Origin: Balanoglossus misakiensis
Lineage: Eukaryota > Animalia > Hemichordata
Reading direction: 5' to 3'
Assembly (NCBI GenBank): GCA_040954595.2
Contig: CM082580.2
Coordinates: forward strand, 10,456,390 to 10,520,389
Length of the DNA stretch: 64,000 nucleotides
Shown: positions 59,743 through 64,000 of the stretch, in pieces
Layout: the number at the start of each line of letters is the position of its first letter
Numbering within the stretch: the stretch's first letter is position 1
Made by a program: the position numbers and the translations under genes
The notes under the pieces: model-generated
Database searches by the model: none
What the model was told of the DNA's origin: nothing
Seen by the model: the letters and a program-made list of their open reading frames with translations, nothing else

Positions 59743-62700
59743 CTATACAGCCACCACGGTTGTCAACGCGGCGTTTCCACAATTATCCAAGCCTCTGTTA
59801 GCCACGCCCTCTACGATGTTCGTGAAGAAATTCTGGAAATACAGAAATAACGGTATAAGATATTGCATTGTTTCAATAGTAAGAGTGATTGGCTAGTCCA
59901 GAGTTTAGAGTATTAAACTCAAAACGGTAAACTCGTATCAACAAAATGCCAGGATGTACAGGTCACGCAGGGGTCATGAAAGAGGCCCATTACACGCACC
60001 TCATTGTGTTCTAGGAAATGCTCAAATTCTTCAGTAAGTTCAGTTGCAGTTGGCCTCTCTTCCGGGTCTGTTCTCCAACAGCTGTTCATCAATTCGTAAC
60101 TGGGGGGAAATAATGGTTTGTGATGACGTCGATCATATCGGAAGAACAGGTAAAAAGAAAAACATGTGCATGAAGTATACGAACACTTCACAATGTTTGA
60201 CGTAGAGGAGATCAACACAGGAACGATGGAAGATATAAATGGATTTCCATAAATCGATTTAGAGCAGTTATTTTAATATCACGATATACATTGTGAACTT
60301 TTTAACAACGTGTGTAGGCCTATTGTGACTTACAATCGATCTGTGCAGCGTCCTGGTTTGTGAAGCCGTTTTCCTTCGTCAAGAAACCTAATCATATCAT
60401 TCGTTGGAATATTTTGATAAGGAATTTCACCTGTTGGACATAGAAAGAATGAGAAAGTTGAACTTTCTACTATGAATAATATTAGCGTGTCTACGCCAAA
60501 GAGCCATATTATTAATAAATAAATGTTTATTTTTTTAAATAACTTACCAAGAGAGGCGATTTCCCACAGTAACACGCCAAATGACCAGCTAAATAGGAAA
60601 GTAAAATTAGGAAATGTTATTTATCATATTATGATAGATAAATACAACGTCCCGCCAGCCATCACTTATTGCGTTTGAAGTCTGGGTAACTTTGATATTA
60701 AATGCTTGTGTCAACTTACATGTCACTTTCGTTCTTGAAAACAAATTTAGTGAGAAACTCGGGAGGCATCCACTTCAGTGGCAACGGAACGTGGCCACTT
60801 GACTACTCACGAAAAATAGACGAAGATAAAAACACTATTCAATGCAATGGACTGACTGATAATCACGTAGAAATGAGAAAATGAACGAACAGAATATTGT
60901 AGAATATTATTGTAGAACTTTTCTGTGTTGAAAGATATAGTTACCCATGGGTCTGTGGAGTATTCGCCAAGTTCATAAATGTCCCGACTTAAACCAAAAT
61001 CACCGACTTTGGCAGTGCAGTCTTCCATAATCAGAACATTTCTACAAGCGAGATCACGATGAATCAACTGAAACAAAATTGAGATCGTTGTAAAAGTGCA
61101 GGTATGAGAATTTGCAACAGAAGCAGTCAGTTTTCATAATATGTTTCGTCAATCACCACGCACTTAAAGAATTCAGAGAAAACACTCATCAGTCTGACAA
61201 ACCTTTTTCCATTTCATGTGCTGCAGGGCCATCGTTATGTCGATGGCAATGTGAACAAGTCTTCGATTGTCTTGAAATGTTAAGTGTCCTTCTCTGAGCG
61301 TGCGCAGATGATTGAGCAAGTCCCCTCGCGCAGCGTACTCCAGAATAAGGTACTTGGGATCTTGAAGGAAACACGAAGAAGGTCATAATAAGAAAACACT
61401 TCACGGCCATATAAAGGTTTTGAATTTTTTGTAGTGGTATAAACATATTAAATTACTCCGTCTCACCTCCTGTCACCATTATTCCGAGTAGACTTATAAA
61501 ATTTCGATGACCCTTCACTTCCAACATGAACACAATTTCGTTGCAAAAGTGCTGGTACGAGGCTGCAGTGCAGTGTTCTGAATTACAACATGAGTGAAAA
61601 AAACAGACGCTATGAAACAGTGTTAAAATTAAACTCATACATCAATGAATCACTGCAGTATTTGAAGACATTTTGTAATAATTAATTCTTAAAAAACAGT
61701 ATAGTGCAAAATAATAAAATAATACAGACCGGATATCAACGATTTGGCCGCAACTGTTTTGGTTCCGTGGTCGGTCATCATTTCCGCTAATGCTATCCTA
61801 CCAAACAAACCACACCCAATTTCCTTCTTCAGTTGCACTTTTTTTCGCGGTATTGTCCAGTCTTCGAGGTTTGGATACTGTCCGAGTAGGTTCTACAGCG
61901 AACAAAAACAATCAGCGTTATATGAACAAGTAGTGAAACTGCGCCATATTTAATTAATATAATATTTTTATTTGACGAGGGGGCGTGGTGAATCGTTTAA
62001 ATTCCATCTTGATGCAAATCCACGGGTTATTTTGATTTTGGCGATCAATGAACAAAGTATGAAAGGAGAGAGTGTGCTTTTATCCATACCTTTATGTAAT
62101 CGTCAAATTCTGTGCCAACTATTGCTTGGAATCCCCGGGGGTAGCGGCGGTGACGTAACACGCAGTGAATAGTGCACGCGCTGGCTGTAATTATTAGCAC
62201 AACAATTATGGCAGCAAACATTCCTGTCGTCGTTGCATCAATCTCGTAAAGATGATCTGCTGTGTGACAGAAATGCATATTGTGATATATGACGTGCTAT
62301 ACGCATTCTCGAGGGACTCGAACAGTCAACAGAAATTGCCCCCCCCCCTCCATCCCAAAGGTACTCGGGTTTTTGAAGACCCTGGTTCGGACGGTATCCC
62401 AGGTCGTGTGCCGCGGACGAACTCTACCCAGTACATCATAATCTCGTCCAACTTCCTATTGATACAGACATTAATCCGACGATTGGGAGATCTTCAACAA
62501 CCGTACTTGTCCCCAGAACCCTATTCCCAACCATTATAGACCAGTGACACTCATTTCACTTATCAGGAAATGTTTTGAACGTTTTGATACAGTCTATAAT
62601 TCTCTTCCCCATTCACAACCAAACATAGACCCATATCAGCTTAAATATCATCGGAGAAGAGGTATTGACGATGCGTCATGTTATGAGAGATAAACTAACG

Positions 62701-64000
62701 AAGTACGATGTTTATTAGATGTTGAAGTTACTTCTGAATTATTTTATAAAAGTTTTTTGATTGTGCCACCAAAACTTACATGATTGGTTTTGCAAACAAT
62801 AGCATTCTCTGATGTCTTCTTGACATATGATGTTGTGTTCCTCGTTGCATTCGCACCGAATCTCACAAAACTTCCCACACGATGACGGCGCACAGTCACA
62901 TGACCCGTCCATAGGGTTACATGTAGCGTTGTTCAGACAGAGGCATTCGTCTCTGCAGCCTTTGCCAAACCATCCGTGTGAACATACTAGAACAATAGCG
63001 AGAGAGTGATCAGTATGCATACGTTAGCACATGTGGAGCAGGATTCGCCTACTATTTTCGAAAACACCTTACATCCTACTTGGCTTTTTTCAGCAATAAG
63101 TCCATATGTCTCTCTTTCACGGACCTGATTTTCTGTGATTTGCTGTGTTGTGTATTTGTATTTGTCATTGCAACTGACCACGTGAGCGTGATAGTTGCCC
63201 GGACAGCTTTGGAATATGGATCGGTATGATTTGCTATTACTGGAAATCAGATCGGTTGGACCGCCGGCTCCGGAAGAAATTACCTTGATCGCAGTGCGTT
63301 CCCATCCAGCCTGGTTGACACAAGCAGCCTCGATGTCGATCACAAATGGCGCCATTTTCACAATTGCAAACCAGGTCGCATTCTTCGCCGTAGTAGTTTT
63401 CACGACAACCTGAAGTGATTGAAGGACAGTGTTGAATTTGGTGTTAATAGTAACCTCTGACCATTCAGAGGCAAACTATTACGAACACTCTCAGAGCACT
63501 GTCGTACACTCAATAATATGACAGTACTAGTGTTTACAATATGTTCGTAAATATAACAGAATGGGTTACAAAGCCAACAGTTCGAGAGCAATATCAGACA
63601 TGGTGAGATTCATACCACGGAATGAAAGAACTGTAGAAACCGAGTACGTTTTCCCCATTGCGTCCGTAATGATACATTCGTATACTCCTGCATAACTGTC
63701 TGTCATTCTGAATATTATGACATCTGTAGTATTTAAGCTGAAAGAGAAAGAGAGAGAGACGAAGACAAGGTAGAAAGTGAAGAGAGAATGTCATTACGTG
63801 ATAATTCACAAATCCAAAACATGATAATGTATACATCCCATGTAAGAAAATATAAGGTAATGACATATAAGGTAGGACTATTACCTCTCTGAAACTCTGA
63901 GAAGGATGTCACTTGAGTTAACAAGCATTTCACCGGAACCATCGAGATGCCACGTGACAGTGCTGTTTTCTAGCGGAATATTGTACAGTTTTGCAGTTAC
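59743..64000 (-). CDS. Receptor tyrosine kinase with Ig-like and EGF-like ectodomain (Tie-like); 5' end lies outside the window
   Basis: About 14 exons, boundaries approximate. Ig-like [14 protein letters not shown] (~64000-63617), EGF-like Cys repeats (~63409-63284 and ~62987-62780), TM (~62256-62092). Kinase motifs GCGLFG/VAAK (~61892-61730), [62 protein letters not shown]. Stop at 59743-59745. Confidence 0.88.

Noticed and set aside
1-64000. CRISPR arrays, rRNA, tRNA, intact transposase or reverse transcriptase
   Set aside because: None recognised by eye; the sequence is spliced eukaryotic DNA. Small RNA genes cannot be excluded without a covariance-model search.

Overview
This is eukaryotic, intron-containing genomic DNA from an invertebrate animal. 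The gene content points to a marine deuterostome such as a cephalochordate or hemichordate, but that is inference only. Gene models were spliced by hand from GT-AG sites and reading-frame phase; family calls come from recalled motif consensus, and no database search was run. In order: TMEM249 (CatSper subunit, -) head-to-head with KLHL10 (+); three tandem PAP2/PLPP lipid-phosphate-phosphatase genes (-), the third lacking the catalytic residues; a ~1,720-aa gene (+) with GT4 glycosyltransferase, basic linker, TRADD-N-like domain, NACHT C-terminal helical/winged-helix remnant and a long LRR, but no P-loop NTPase domain; four single-coding-exon orphan class A GPCRs (-), including a recent ~2.07 kb tandem duplication with mosaic coding sequence; ~8.5 kb with no recognisable gene; a single-exon BTB-BACK-Kelch gene (-); SNAPC1 (-) head-to-head with a membrane-anchored vertebrate-type tyrosinase (+); and the 3' part of an Ig/EGF receptor tyrosine kinase (-) running off the window end. 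The best candidate for an undescribed system is the NBD-less NLR-derived GT4/TRADD-N/LRR protein; the second is the PLPP pseudophosphatase.
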